Notes: generated from the letters alone by a model not told the origin. 55,802 bases of DNA from Candidatus Moranbacteria bacterium GW2011_GWE2_36_40 (GCA_000991645.1 LBRX01000005.1:1-55802), one strand, 5' to 3'; shown: positions 19,879 through 30,581, counted from the first letter of the stretch. Program-made: numbers and translations.

Positions 19879-21798
19879 TCACATCACGCTCAACCCGCTT
19901 GGTGCAGCGGGAGGGGTAGAATCTGAAGTGCTGGGCAGATTAACATGAAAGACATGAATCAATGGCAAACCATAACTAGCATTGGCTTGTGATATAAATA
20001 TCCTTTGCGTGGCAGAATCATAGGCAGCGCCATTTATTTTATTATCACCATGACCAGCAATTCCATCATTGCCAGCAGCTGCGTAAGGAGCCAGCAAAGT
20101 AGTCAAATCCCACTGTGCATAAGGTTTTATGCACCATGGATAATACACTGCGCCGGTTGCGCAAGAAGTATCAATATTTGAAGATCTGTCAGTGCCAATA
20201 ATGTCAGCATTTTTTACATGCAATAAGTCATTGGCATCATATGCCCAAACATAATATGCATACGGATAAGTATGTGTTCCCTTATCACTTATGGCAGGAT
20301 CATAGCAACACGAATCATTCCCAGCAGCGTCCATGATTGCAGATCCGCAAGTATAGGGAATGCCACCACCAGCCACAATACAAGAGGCTATTTTCCAAGT
20401 TGCATCATTGACTGGAATATTACAGTTATCATAAGCCAACTGAGAATTATGGGCAATTATCCAATCAGCTATACCTGAATTGCCTATGGCTTCAGCTTGA
20501 TTAATGGTTCCGCTGCCATAGCAAGATTCGCCCAATCCTGTTCTGCCAAAAAAAAGTACACCTCGACTGCCTTGAGGAAAAACAATACCCTTAATTTCTG
20601 TGCTCATATTATAAGCAGGATTAGTCCCAGGAGCACCATAGACACCCAGTGTTTGGTGCGATCCTGGATAATATACGAGTGGACTGATTGACACCGGATT
20701 ATCAAAACTTCCCAATGTTCCATTACCCAAATCTGATGGATTAAACGCAAAAGCTGATGGACCATAAGATGTGCGCGTAATAATCGCCATCGCAGCATTT
20801 CCCGTCAAGGCGGTTTTTCCAAAACTACTTTGCCACTCAGTAGGAATCCATCCCATATATCCATCGACAAATCCAGCGCTTAATGCGCCATTGTCAATTA
20901 TGGTTGTGCCTAACCTATACATACCCTGAGTACCAACAGATGAATTCCAATTCAAATTAGCCGTAAAATGAGAATAAGTTGTGTCACTTTGCCCGTCATA
21001 TGCGGTGTAAGTTGTCCCAATCAATTTATTGTGCACGTTATCAACCAGAGTTCCTCCAATCAACACTCCACCATCACTCAAGTTTGTTCCACCATAATTA
21101 TAAATAACCCAGCCCGGATATTGAGCTATTGGCATATTGTTTACCAATATATCATTCACGAACGCATTTGTAATATTTATTGTTAATGTCGTGGAATTTA
21201 CAGCGACTATAGTAGCCTGTCCACCATTAGGCTCAATAAGCGTGTATCCAGGCAATACTAAACCAGTATCCCAAACTCCACTAGCCCTAGTGACTGAAAT
21301 GCTGTTTCCAGATTTGGCAGATAAATAAATTGTCATCTGTTGATCTTCAAGATGATTCGATGAGCATTTACTAACACTTGTTCCAAATAATGCATAGGCG
21401 GGATTATTTTGAAGTGGACCAATAAAGCATCCCAGTCCCCCTGTTACATCTAAGGGGTTCTGCAAGACAGACGCAGTATCAAGCGCGCTCATGTTTGTAC
21501 TATTAACAATATTTGTCGGTACACACAACTCGGCAAGCAATACTTCGAATTTATTCCCTTCCATGAAGAGAGAATTATTAATCGGATTATATGACATTGC
21601 TCTGCCAGCATCACTGCCAAATGACGGATTGATTTGTGAAACTGTTCCCAATTTTCCATCAGGCACCTTGAAAGCTCCAAGATATTGCAAATCTGATTGT
21701 TGCAAAAGAGGCTCAGTTGCTGGATCAGCAGCGATTACATTCTGCACCAAAAACAGGCAGGATATAATTATATTGATTATTATTAATATTTTTTTAAT
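19879..21798 (-). CDS. Secreted protein of unknown function ending in the PPAAPSGLSVM tail
   Basis: The 623-aa ORF extends in frame to an ATT at 21798, giving a signal peptide (I/M)KKILIIINIIISCLFLVQNVIAA. Confidence 0.6.
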   Translation of the reverse strand: MKKILIIINIIISCLFLVQNVIAADPATEPLLQQSDLQYLGAFKVPDGKLGTVSQINPSFGSDAGRAMSYNPINNSLFMEGNKFEVLLAELCVPTNIVNSTNMSALDTASVLQNPLDVTGGLGCFIGPLQNNPAYALFGTSVSKCSSNHLEDQQMTIYLSAKSGNSISVTRASGVWDTGLVLPGYTLIEPNGGQATIVAVNSTTLTINITNAFVNDILVNNMPIAQYPGWVIYNYGGTNLSDGGVLIGGTLVDNVHNKLIGTTYTAYDGQSDTTYSHFTANLNWNSSVGTQGMYRLGTTIIDNGALSAGFVDGYMGWIPTEWQSSFGKTALTGNAAMAIITRTSYGPSAFAFNPSDLGNGTLGSFDNPVSISPLVYYPGSHQTLGVYGAPGTNPAYNMSTEIKGIVFPQGSRGVLFFGRTGLGESCYGSGTINQAEAIGNSGIADWIIAHNSQLAYDNCNIPVNDATWKIASCIVAGGGIPYTCGSAIMDAAGNDSCCYDPAISDKGTHTYPYAYYVWAYDANDLLHVKNADIIGTDRSSNIDTSCATGAVYYPWCIKPYAQWDLTTLLAPYAAAGNDGIAGHGDNKINGAAYDSATQRIFISQANASYGLPLIHVFHVNLPSTSDSTPPAAPSGLSVM

Positions 21799-21802
21799 AC
21801 CT

Positions 21803-24800
21803 TTATTTCCTAATGTTTACTTGACCAAGCTTATAAAATTGCGTGATTTCTTGCGCATTCAAGGCTCTGTTGTAAATTCTGGTTTCATCAATAACACCAT
21901 TCATAAATTCTGATCCACCACCCCTTGAACCTATAATAAAAGGACTAGCTGAATCAGTATAGCTTCCAGTTGGTACTACGCTTTTTTTCTCAATAGCATC
22001 AACATAAATTTTAATTGCTCCGCCTGTAGAATATGTACCACAAAAATAATGCCAAGCATTGTCACTAATTCCTTGCCCTGGTCCAGGATCCACGGAGGCC
22101 CTATCATTGTTGGAAAAACCTAACATAATAAACTCCGCATAACTACCATTTACACGCAAGTAAACTGCTCCATCTTGAGTCACCAATGTATCAGTGGCTA
22201 AAATATCATTCAATTTACCCCAAGAGCATATGCTAAGTGGACTCGTGCCTCCAAATGGCATGTCGCCAATATTTATATAACTACTCGTCCCGTCAAACCC
22301 CATCCCCTGCCCAATCTTCCCGAGTGCAAGTGTTGCGCCGGAGATGGTGCCGTTGTTGCCGAGGCCGGAGAGGTCAGTGACAGTTGTGCCATTGATCGTT
22401 TTGCCGTCGAAGGACCAATATCCGACCAGGCCGTTTTCATTTCCGGCGGATGCTTCGGGTGCAGCGACAGTATCAATGCCTTGATGATAGAGTTGCTCGA
22501 TTTCATTGGCTGAAAGTGCGCGGTTGTAGACGCGGACATCGTCTATTTTTCCGTCAAAAGTTCTGTCTCCTGCAACATTATTTCCAATTGTCAACGCTGT
22601 AGCACCAGCTAATACTGATCCCGTTTTGGGCGTACTAGCAATAGAAACACCATCAAAATATATTGAAATATTTGCGCCATCATACACACAATCCACATGA
22701 TGCCAACTATTATATTTTCCAGCAAGTGGGCTAGTAGTAGTTGTTATTCCTTCTGCTCCAATGTTGCATGACAAATTATTACCTACAAAAAGAAAGATGT
22801 ATGGATAACCATTGCCCTTTTCAATTATCCTAGGATAACCACCGCCCTCGCTTTTTGGATTTATCCATGCGCTCAATGTTAACTGTGCCATACCATCCAG
22901 TGAGTCCTTGTCTGAAACTGTTACCACATTTGTCGCGGCAGAATAATTCACACCCTGTCCCAATTTCCCAATCGCCTTGGTTGCGCCAGAAATTGTGCCA
23001 TTGTTATTGTTTCCAGAAGTGTCTTTGGCAGTTGTGCCGGAAATATCTTGTCCGTCAAATGTCCAATGCCCGACCAAGCCAGCATCAAGATTTGGCGATG
23101 ATTGTTGGGTTTGCAGCACTGTGTCAGAAAATTGATCGGCGCCGATGTCCCACGGATTCACACGCACTTGTCCGTCAATATCAGTGTCGAATGCAAAATA
23201 TGAGTCATGTTGCAAATCCAAACCTGCACCTTTGGCGGAAGTGTCGGTTGAGGCGAGGTGGAAATTTTTATTAGTTGCATCAATGAAGGAAACTGTTGTT
23301 GAATTTTTTGAATTTGATCCAGGAGCGTCAGCAGCAAGATTTGAAATATTATAATCAGATGCAGCGTCAAATGTTCCATTAAATCCATCTGTGGAATTTT
23401 GAACAATATTGTTTTTTGCAACAGCCACCACACCCGAGCCTATATTTATAGCATAGTTAGAATTATAAATTGTATTATTATAGATGTGATATTTAAAACC
23501 AGTTGATAAGAGATAAAATACACTTGAACCAGTTCCTAGTTGGTCATACACAATATTATTAAGAATATATACATTTCCCTTTCCAGAGGCCGAAACATCA
23601 TGAATCAAATATGTCCAATCAGATGTACTTCCTTTGACAACGTTGTCAGAAAAATACATTCCTACTTCTTCTGACATATACAATCTAAAAGCTGAAGCCG
23701 CTGCTGTGTTATACACTTGTAGACCAACTATTTTGCTGTAATTAATACCATTAATAAATGTACTACTTGTTTGAAGGCTGTATTTCGTATCATTCCATTT
23801 TCCAGAATGTCTTTGAGAAAGATTTACTTCCCTATTTATATCAACAGGAGTATATATTTTTATATAGTTTGAAGCACTTGTTGAAATGCTTGGGGTGTTT
23901 ATAGAAACAGTATCTGGACCAGAATCATAGTAACAAGGAATATTGAGTTGATAATTTCCGGTGACCAAATTGGATGTATTCAAATGCAACACATCAGTTG
24001 AATCTGCAAGTGAATCCCTGAGTGATGCAAATTCGTGTGCAATTGAGTTAACTGTCGCTCCTGTCACATCAGCAGGTGTTGCGCCGAGATTGGTTGCCAG
24101 TTTCCATTGCGAAGTTGAAATTTTTTCTGAAATATATGCAACGGTCGCTCCGTTGTATGTAACTTTATCTCCAACACCCATGTTTGTTGCGGTTTGAGCC
24201 ACTGAAAAAGTTGCAATTCCAGATGAAATCGTCACTGTTGGTGTGCCGGTTTTATGATCGGTAGTATTTTGCCCGACGGAATAAAAAATTGCAGTAGCAG
24301 CTTCGTCGGCACCGATATCAACAACGCCCGCTCCAGTTGGTCGAGTTTGTCCGTCAATATCAGTTGTGATTGGCAGATTCACATCCGCACTCAAATCTGC
24401 TCCCGCATTTTTTGCAGCAGTGTCAGAGGGAGAAAGATGGAAGTCTTTATTAGCAGCGTCGGCAAACTGAACTGTTTGATTGCGACAAGAATGTCCACCA
24501 CAATCAGTCGCGCCAGCGTTTGGGGAGGTTGCGTCGGAGGAAATGTTATTCGCAGAAGAAGCATTCAAGATGCCTGAATAATCAGTCGTATTACCACTTG
24601 CGATATTATTCTTCACCAACTGCCCTAAACCACCAAAGCCATAGAAACCAACACGTGAATTAATGACAGTATTATTATATACTACAGAATTAGAGCCAGC
24701 AGAAATTGCTGCCATATTCAAACTTCCATTGTAAGAAAAATCATAGATAAGATTATTAAATATTTGTGTTGTTGGAGTATAATCAAGAGCTATCCCATAA

Positions 24801-27800
24801 CCACTTGAAGCTGTTCCGGAAAAAACACCCCTGATGATATTATTGGCAACCCTGTAACTCGTATTCAAATTTTGATTTATATGAATAACACCACCCCTAG
24901 TATTGCTGGAGTTGCTTATCATAGTCATCTGTAAACCATTAATTTCAACATTTTTAACTGCTATATATAATGGATAATTATAATTTGTTATTTCAAATCG
25001 ATATTTCCCATCATCCCATTTCCCCTGATGCCGTTGTGAGTTGTTCGCCTCGGCTGTCGTGCTAACTGGGGTATAAATTTTAATATAATTACTTGCGCCA
25101 GTTGTGTATCCATCAACAGTTACAGCAGTTGTGTCTGCACCGGAATCATAATAACAAGGAAAATTTAGCTGATAGTTTCCAGTGACCAAATCCGTGGTGT
25201 TCAAATGATTGGCATCAATTGCTCCAGTGACTGCAGCAGACAAACTAGTGTACTCATGTTTAATAGAAACAACTGCTGAAGTTGTAATGTCAGCAGGAAC
25301 TGCACCTGTTTTTGTAACAAGATTCCATACAGAAGTTGAAGTTTTTGATGCGATATATGCAATGTCAGTTGAATTGTATGTAACCCGATCCCCAACTCCA
25401 ATGTTCCCAGTCTGCGCAGCTGAAAAAGTTGCAACTCCACTTGCAATCGTCACAGTTGGAAGAGTTCCTGTTTTTAGGTCAGCGGTTGATTGTCCAACAG
25501 AATAATAGATTGCGGTTGCGGCTTCGTCGGCGCCGATATCCCAGATTGTGCTTGAAGAAGATGGGCGCGTTTGTCCGTCGATGTCAGTGTTGAAGGCCAG
25601 CACACTGTCACTCTCAAGCGATGTGCCCTGGTTTTTTGCAGCAGAAGTTGACTTGAGATGAAAATTTTCACTACCACTAACCACCGAAACAAAATTATTA
25701 GTATCAACTTGATTTATAATATCTCCACTTATATCACTTGATAAATTATTTGAAGAACCAGCAGCGAGATCCAAATAATTTCTATGTCCATCAACCCCAC
25801 CCCAATTCATCACTATATTATTTTTTGCCAAAACATATCGCATACCAGTTCGATTTATTGGCGTACTGCTATTTCTATGAACTGTATTATTATAGACAAC
25901 AAATTTGGAATTATTAGAACTATTTCCGGTAACTTGTCCGTCGCCATATAAAACATTATTCCAAATCAAAACATTTTCATTCCCACTCCAATATCCAATA
26001 CCGCCACTATTAAAAACAACGTTATTACTAATTCTAATATTTCCAGAACTTCCACTGGAATTAATAACTATTCCTCCACCAACATTTGCACTAACAGAAA
26101 GTCCATCAATCCAAACATATGAATTTTGCACATTTATCGCAGGCCAACTATTGTCAGGAAGAGTACGAGACATTCTAAACCCAGTATTGCTAGTTCCGCC
26201 ATGTCTCTGACTTTGATTTACCTCGCTTGAAATATTGGTAGGTGTATAAATCCGAATATAATTACTATCTGCTGTGATGTAACCAGTTATCATAAGAGCC
26301 CCACCAGTATCTGCACCCGTGTCATAATAACAAGGAAAATTTAACTGATAATTTCCTGTAACTAAATCAGTTGTATTCAAATATGATGCTCCAGATGCGC
26401 CAGTGACTGCAGCACTCAGAGATGAAAATGCGTGTGCGATTGAAGTCACATCGGCATTTGTTGCTGCGGTTGGAGCGGCGCCGGTTGCGGTTTGACAACC
26501 CCAGACTGAAGTTGAAGTTTTGTTTGTGATATAGCAAGCTCCGCCAGTATAAGTTACCAAATCTCCGACGCCCATATTGGTTGCGGTTTGAGCGACTGAA
26601 AAGGTTGCGGTGCTTGCAGTGGCATCCACTGTGACAGTGCCTGAACCTGTTTCATGAGAAGTGGTGTTTTGCCCGACAGAATAATAAACAGCAGTTGCGG
26701 CTTCGTCGGCGCCGATGTCCCATATTTCGGACCCTTGCGGACTAGACGCGGACGAACGCAGATGCCCATCAATGTCTGACGTGAAAGCAAAATTAGGATC
26801 AGCATAGAGAGATGCACCTGCGTTTTTAGCAGCAGTGTCGGTTGAGGTAAGGTGAAAATCTTTATTAGCAGAGTCAGCAAATTGAACTGTTTGATTTATT
26901 TTTGCATTTGTCCCTGTGGCAGTTGCATCCTTGGAAAGATTGTTGGTTGAACCAGCTTTTGAAGTACCAACATAATCAATTCCATTATTATACGAAAGAT
27001 TATTAGAAAAAAATGCGGCAGTTGTTTGGCGAATACCATTAGCATTTCCATAAACTGTATTATTGAAAACTGACGGTACGATATTACCAGTGCCTTGATC
27101 CAAATAAATTCCATACGAACCAGTATAGTCAAATCCATAAATTATATTATTTCTTAAAGAAACATCTGCGGCTGTACCAAGCCATCTAACTCCATATTTC
27201 GCTGAGGTTTGCCCAGAACCGCGAATGATATTATCAGAAATAATTTGACCTCTTCCACTGTATGGTCCATTTGAAGATATTCCATTACCATCAACCACAT
27301 TAATTTGCAAACCTTCCAAGCGTATATAATTATTTAAAATACCAATAGTACCAGTGCGCGCAAATTTTGCATCATCCCATTTGCCAGAGTGTCTTTGAGA
27401 AAGATTAACTTCTGATGTTGTGTTTGTCGGAGTATAAATTCGTATATAATTATTCATTCCTGTGGTAAAGCCACCTATTGCTGAAAGCACACTAACATCA
27501 GATCCAGAATCATAATAGCATGGAATATTTAATTGATAATTTCCCGTCACAAGGTCAGAAGTGTTTAGATGAGTTGCATTTTGCACACCATTGGCTGCAA
27601 AAGGAAAAGCAGCAGCAAGAGAACTGAATGCATGCGCAATTGAAGTTACATCTGCATCAGTGGCAGCAGTGGGAGCGGTACCGGTTGCAGACTGGCAACC
27701 CCAGACTGTGGTTGAAGTTTTTGATGAAATATAACAACTTCCTCCCGCATAAGTTATCAAATCTCCTACTCCCATATTTGTTGCAGTTTGTGCTACTGAA

Positions 27801-29689
27801 AAAGTTGCAGTCCTTGCGGTGGCGTCGACCGTCACCGTGCCTGCGCCTGTTTCATGAGAATTAGTGTTTTGTCCGACAGAATAAAAAATTGCGGTTGCGG
27901 CTTCGTCGGCACCGATATCAACAACGCCTGCTCCAGTTGGTCGCGTTTGTCCGTCAATGTCAGTTGCGACTGGCAGATTCACATCCGCACTCAAATCCAC
28001 TCCAGCATTTTTGGCAGCGGTATCTGATGGAGAAAGATGAAAGTCTTTGTTGGCAGCGTCGACGAAAGCAACGGTTTTTGAATTTTGTGGATTGGCGCCA
28101 GGTGCATTAGCCTGATCAGAAACATTATTTGTCGAAGATTCCGAAAAAGAATTGAGGTATGCCTTATTTAATTGAAGAGTATCTTGCACAATATTATTTT
28201 TTACAATAGCATTACTATTTCCAACAAATCCATTGTAACTGTGACTCACAGTATTGTTATATGCATATACATTATTAATCACATAAAAAGCATATTCTTC
28301 TCTGAAACTAGGATTATCTGAACCAAACCAATCATAAATTATATTGTTCCATATCCTAACCTGCACTCCAATAGGAGCTGTGGCATGAATACCTGAATTA
28401 TATGATGATCCATTGCTTATATTGCCCTTAATAATATTTGAATCAATCTGAACATCACCAAATGAACCAGTAATATTTCCTAGATCAATACCTCCCTTTG
28501 AATCTAGCCCGCTCTGCGTTACTTTGATTTCTAATCCATAAATTCTCAAATAATTTATCAACACATTCATTGAATAGCTATTTGATGGCGTTTCCATTCT
28601 GTATTTCCCATCATCCCATTTCCCCGAATGTCTTTGACTATTGTTCGCTTCAGTAGTCGTGCTAACTGGCGTATAAATTTTAATAAAATTAGAAACACCT
28701 GTTGTATATCCAGAAACAGTCACCGCAGTTGTGTCTGCACTGGAATCATAATAACAAGGGAAATTGAGCTGATAATTTCCAGTGACTAAATCTGTAGTGT
28801 TGAGATGATTTGCATCAACCGCACCGGTGACTGCAGCTGAAAGACTTGTGTACTCATGTTTAATTGAAACCACTGTTGAAGTTGTGATGTCGGCAGGAAC
28901 TGCGCCAGTTTTTGTAACCAAATTCCAAACTGAAGTGGAAGTTTTTGATGCAATATATGCAATGTCAGTTGTGTTGTATGTAACTCTGTCCCCAACTCCA
29001 ATATTTCCAGTCTGCGCTGCTGAAAAAGTTGCAACCCCACTTGCAATTGTGACAGTTGGGGTACTTGTTTTTAGATCAGAAGCGGATTGCCCGACGGAAT
29101 AATAAACTTGGTCGGGCTTGATCAATCCTGCGTCGCCAATGGCAGACGTGAGGTTGTCGTCAAGCGGACTGTAGAGATTAATTTTATAATAAAAACTGGT
29201 CGCGCCTGTCCAATTTAAAGTGGACAAAGCGAGCGAACTGGCCATGTCCAAATGCGAGCCGGTTGACAAAACATCCTCGCCCCACAGTGTGCCATTGGAA
29301 GAATACCAACTCACGCCGTCTTGTGAAAATTGCACCGATATGCTTGTACTGGACGGCAAAGACGTGACGTTATAGGCGAAATGCACGGTGCTATCGAATG
29401 TCATCACTCCCCCAGCCAAAAGGTCAGTGGAAACGATGGCGCCTTGCGTGGGATATGAATTTCCACTGAGTGCTGGAACTGCGGTGCCGTCATAATCAAC
29501 TTGCGTGTCACTAACTGTCGGCGTCAACGCCACATCAGTCGATGTCAATTGAAGTTTATAAAACAAAATTCCGCCAGTCCAAGCCAAACCGCTCAAATTA
29601 ACATTAGTCGTTCCGTTAACAGCCGTGTCCCAACCCTCTTTGACGCCAGCTGAATTGTAATAATTAACTTTGCACAATTTGAAAACCAT
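21803..29689 (-). CDS. Giant surface protein: five ~390-aa right-handed beta-helix modules plus two C-terminal LamG domains; N-terminus lies in frameshifted ORF 29664..29936
   Basis: Five YSVGQ...NYQLNxPCYYD...DFHL...DIDGQ..DIGAD repeats; LamG motifs GLVGHWTFDG...WHH...IDDVRVYNRALS. Confidence 0.85.
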   Translation of the reverse strand: MVFKLCKVNYYNSAGVKEGWDTAVNGTTNVNLSGLAWTGGILFYKLQLTSTDVALTPTVSDTQVDYDGTAVPALSGNSYPTQGAIVSTDLLAGGVMTFDSTVHFAYNVTSLPSSTSISVQFSQDGVSWYSSNGTLWGEDVLSTGSHLDMASSLALSTLNWTGATSFYYKINLYSPLDDNLTSAIGDAGLIKPDQVYYSVGQSASDLKTSTPTVTIASGVATFSAAQTGNIGVGDRVTYNTTDIAYIASKTSTSVWNLVTKTGAVPADITTSTVVSIKHEYTSLSAAVTGAVDANHLNTTDLVTGNYQLNFPCYYDSSADTTAVTVSGYTTGVSNFIKIYTPVSTTTEANNSQRHSGKWDDGKYRMETPSNSYSMNVLINYLRIYGLEIKVTQSGLDSKGGIDLGNITGSFGDVQIDSNIIKGNISNGSSYNSGIHATAPIGVQVRIWNNIIYDWFGSDNPSFREEYAFYVINNVYAYNNTVSHSYNGFVGNSNAIVKNNIVQDTLQLNKAYLNSFSESSTNNVSDQANAPGANPQNSKTVAFVDAANKDFHLSPSDTAAKNAGVDLSADVNLPVATDIDGQTRPTGAGVVDIGADEAATAIFYSVGQNTNSHETGAGTVTVDATARTATFSVAQTATNMGVGDLITYAGGSCYISSKTSTTVWGCQSATGTAPTAATDADVTSIAHAFSSLAAAFPFAANGVQNATHLNTSDLVTGNYQLNIPCYYDSGSDVSVLSAIGGFTTGMNNYIRIYTPTNTTSEVNLSQRHSGKWDDAKFARTGTIGILNNYIRLEGLQINVVDGNGISSNGPYSGRGQIISDNIIRGSGQTSAKYGVRWLGTAADVSLRNNIIYGFDYTGSYGIYLDQGTGNIVPSVFNNTVYGNANGIRQTTAAFFSNNLSYNNGIDYVGTSKAGSTNNLSKDATATGTNAKINQTVQFADSANKDFHLTSTDTAAKNAGASLYADPNFAFTSDIDGHLRSSASSPQGSEIWDIGADEAATAVYYSVGQNTTSHETGSGTVTVDATASTATFSVAQTATNMGVGDLVTYTGGACYITNKTSTSVWGCQTATGAAPTAATNADVTSIAHAFSSLSAAVTGASGASYLNTTDLVTGNYQLNFPCYYDTGADTGGALMITGYITADSNYIRIYTPTNISSEVNQSQRHGGTSNTGFRMSRTLPDNSWPAINVQNSYVWIDGLSVSANVGGGIVINSSGSSGNIRISNNVVFNSGGIGYWSGNENVLIWNNVLYGDGQVTGNSSNNSKFVVYNNTVHRNSSTPINRTGMRYVLAKNNIVMNWGGVDGHRNYLDLAAGSSNNLSSDISGDIINQVDTNNFVSVVSGSENFHLKSTSAAKNQGTSLESDSVLAFNTDIDGQTRPSSSSTIWDIGADEAATAIYYSVGQSTADLKTGTLPTVTIASGVATFSAAQTGNIGVGDRVTYNSTDIAYIASKTSTSVWNLVTKTGAVPADITTSAVVSIKHEYTSLSAAVTGAIDANHLNTTDLVTGNYQLNFPCYYDSGADTTAVTVDGYTTGASNYIKIYTPVSTTAEANNSQRHQGKWDDGKYRFEITNYNYPLYIAVKNVEINGLQMTMISNSSNTRGGVIHINQNLNTSYRVANNIIRGVFSGTASSGYGIALDYTPTTQIFNNLIYDFSYNGSLNMAAISAGSNSVVYNNTVINSRVGFYGFGGLGQLVKNNIASGNTTDYSGILNASSANNISSDATSPNAGATDCGGHSCRNQTVQFADAANKDFHLSPSDTAAKNAGADLSADVNLPITTDIDGQTRPTGAGVVDIGADEAATAIFYSVGQNTTDHKTGTPTVTISSGIATFSVAQTATNMGVGDKVTYNGATVAYISEKISTSQWKLATNLGATPADVTGATVNSIAHEFASLRDSLADSTDVLHLNTSNLVTGNYQLNIPCYYDSGPDTVSINTPSISTSASNYIKIYTPVDINREVNLSQRHSGKWNDTKYSLQTSSTFINGINYSKIVGLQVYNTAAASAFRLYMSEEVGMYFSDNVVKGSTSDWTYLIHDVSASGKGNVYILNNIVYDQLGTGSSVFYLLSTGFKYHIYNNTIYNSNYAINIGSGVVAVAKNNIVQNSTDGFNGTFDAASDYNISNLAADAPGSNSKNSTTVSFIDATNKNFHLASTDTSAKGAGLDLQHDSYFAFDTDIDGQVRVNPWDIGADQFSDTVLQTQQSSPNLDAGLVGHWTFDGQDISGTTAKDTSGNNNNGTISGATKAIGKLGQGVNYSAATNVVTVSDKDSLDGMAQLTLSAWINPKSEGGGYPRIIEKGNGYPYIFLFVGNNLSCNIGAEGITTTTSPLAGKYNSWHHVDCVYDGANISIYFDGVSIASTPKTGSVLAGATALTIGNNVAGDRTFDGKIDDVRVYNRALSANEIEQLYHQGIDTVAAPEASAGNENGLVGYWSFDGKTINGTTVTDLSGLGNNGTISGATLALGKIGQGMGFDGTSSYINIGDMPFGGTSPLSICSWGKLNDILATDTLVTQDGAVYLRVNGSYAEFIMLGFSNNDRASVDPGPGQGISDNAWHYFCGTYSTGGAIKIYVDAIEKKSVVPTGSYTDSASPFIIGSRGGGSEFMNGVIDETRIYNRALNAQEITQFYKLGQVNIRK

Positions 29690-29936
29690 TGATTGCGGTC
29701 ACGGTTGCACCGGATAGCATGTTTTTGGATTCCAAAATCCCTTGAGTATAATAGTCGGCACTTGCATTTGATGTGAATGCAAAAAAACCAATAGCAAAGA
29801 ATGCCAGAGTCAAAAAAGTCATCAAGGATTTTGTCATCCTCGTGTTTAGTAGGGCTGGATTCCCATTTTTACCACAAGGGCACTTCCTTTGGTCGCGGGA
29901 ATGACAAGGAGAGGTTGTTTTTAATTTTAAATTCAT
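29664..29936 (-). pseudogene. Signal-peptide-bearing N-terminal fragment of the 2628-aa gene, out of frame
   Basis: FLTLAFFAIGFFAFTSNASA signal; overlaps the giant ORF, which lacks a signal peptide. Confidence 0.7.
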
Positions 29937-29961
29937 TTCAGAATGTTTTTATTTTAAACTC

Positions 29962-30201
29962 TTAATCACATCTGTCTACGAACCCATCGAATTCGATGGA
30001 ATTAAAATTCTTGTTATTAATTCTTTCCCAAAGTCCAAGAAATTCCACGCTTTCGTAGTTTCGCATCCAATTTTGAACAATATAGTCACTTCTTTCAGCG
30101 TCTTTATATCTGGCAATATCGGTCAATGAAATAAAATCCATTTTGTTTTGTTCAAACAAGACAATTTCTGCATTATTAACCTTTATTTTTCTTTTTTGCA
30201 T
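29962..30201 (-). pseudogene. Truncated KilA-N domain protein
   Basis: DFISLTDIARYK...IVQNWMRN...EFLGLWE...FDGF then an early stop. Confidence 0.75.
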
Positions 30202-30239
30202 ATTACTATTTTATATTATTTAACACTTTTTTTCAAAGA

Positions 30240-30581
30240 TTATTCAGCCCATTTCAACCAACCTCCAATTTGGTCACCGATGGAAAAAAGATAGTTTTCC
30301 TGCAAATGCACAAAATGCTTTTCGCTCATTGCTTCGATTTCCTGACTCATCCGCAAGCGACATTTTAACTTGTCAAAATCTTTGCTCAACTTTTTAATGG
30401 CTTCAAATTTTTCCTCGTCTTTCAAGTTGTTGATTTCAAAATATTGATCCAAACACTTCCAACACAATATTATGATTTCTTGTCCGATGGTAAATTTGTA
30501 TTCTCTGGGCATGTTGTGCACTGTTTTGTGCAATAATTTAGTCAGCATATAAATTTTGTAATACAAATCTTGATTATTCAT
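30240..30581 (-). CDS. avd: DGR accessory variability determinant (Avd-like four-helix bundle)
   Basis: 113 aa from MNNQD; MPREYKFTIGQEI and IGDQIGGWLK motifs; adjacent to TR and RT. Confidence 0.85.
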   Translation of the reverse strand: MNNQDLYYKIYMLTKLLHKTVHNMPREYKFTIGQEIIILCWKCLDQYFEINNLKDEEKFEAIKKLSKDFDKLKCRLRMSQEIEAMSEKHFVHLQENYLFSIGDQIGGWLKWAE

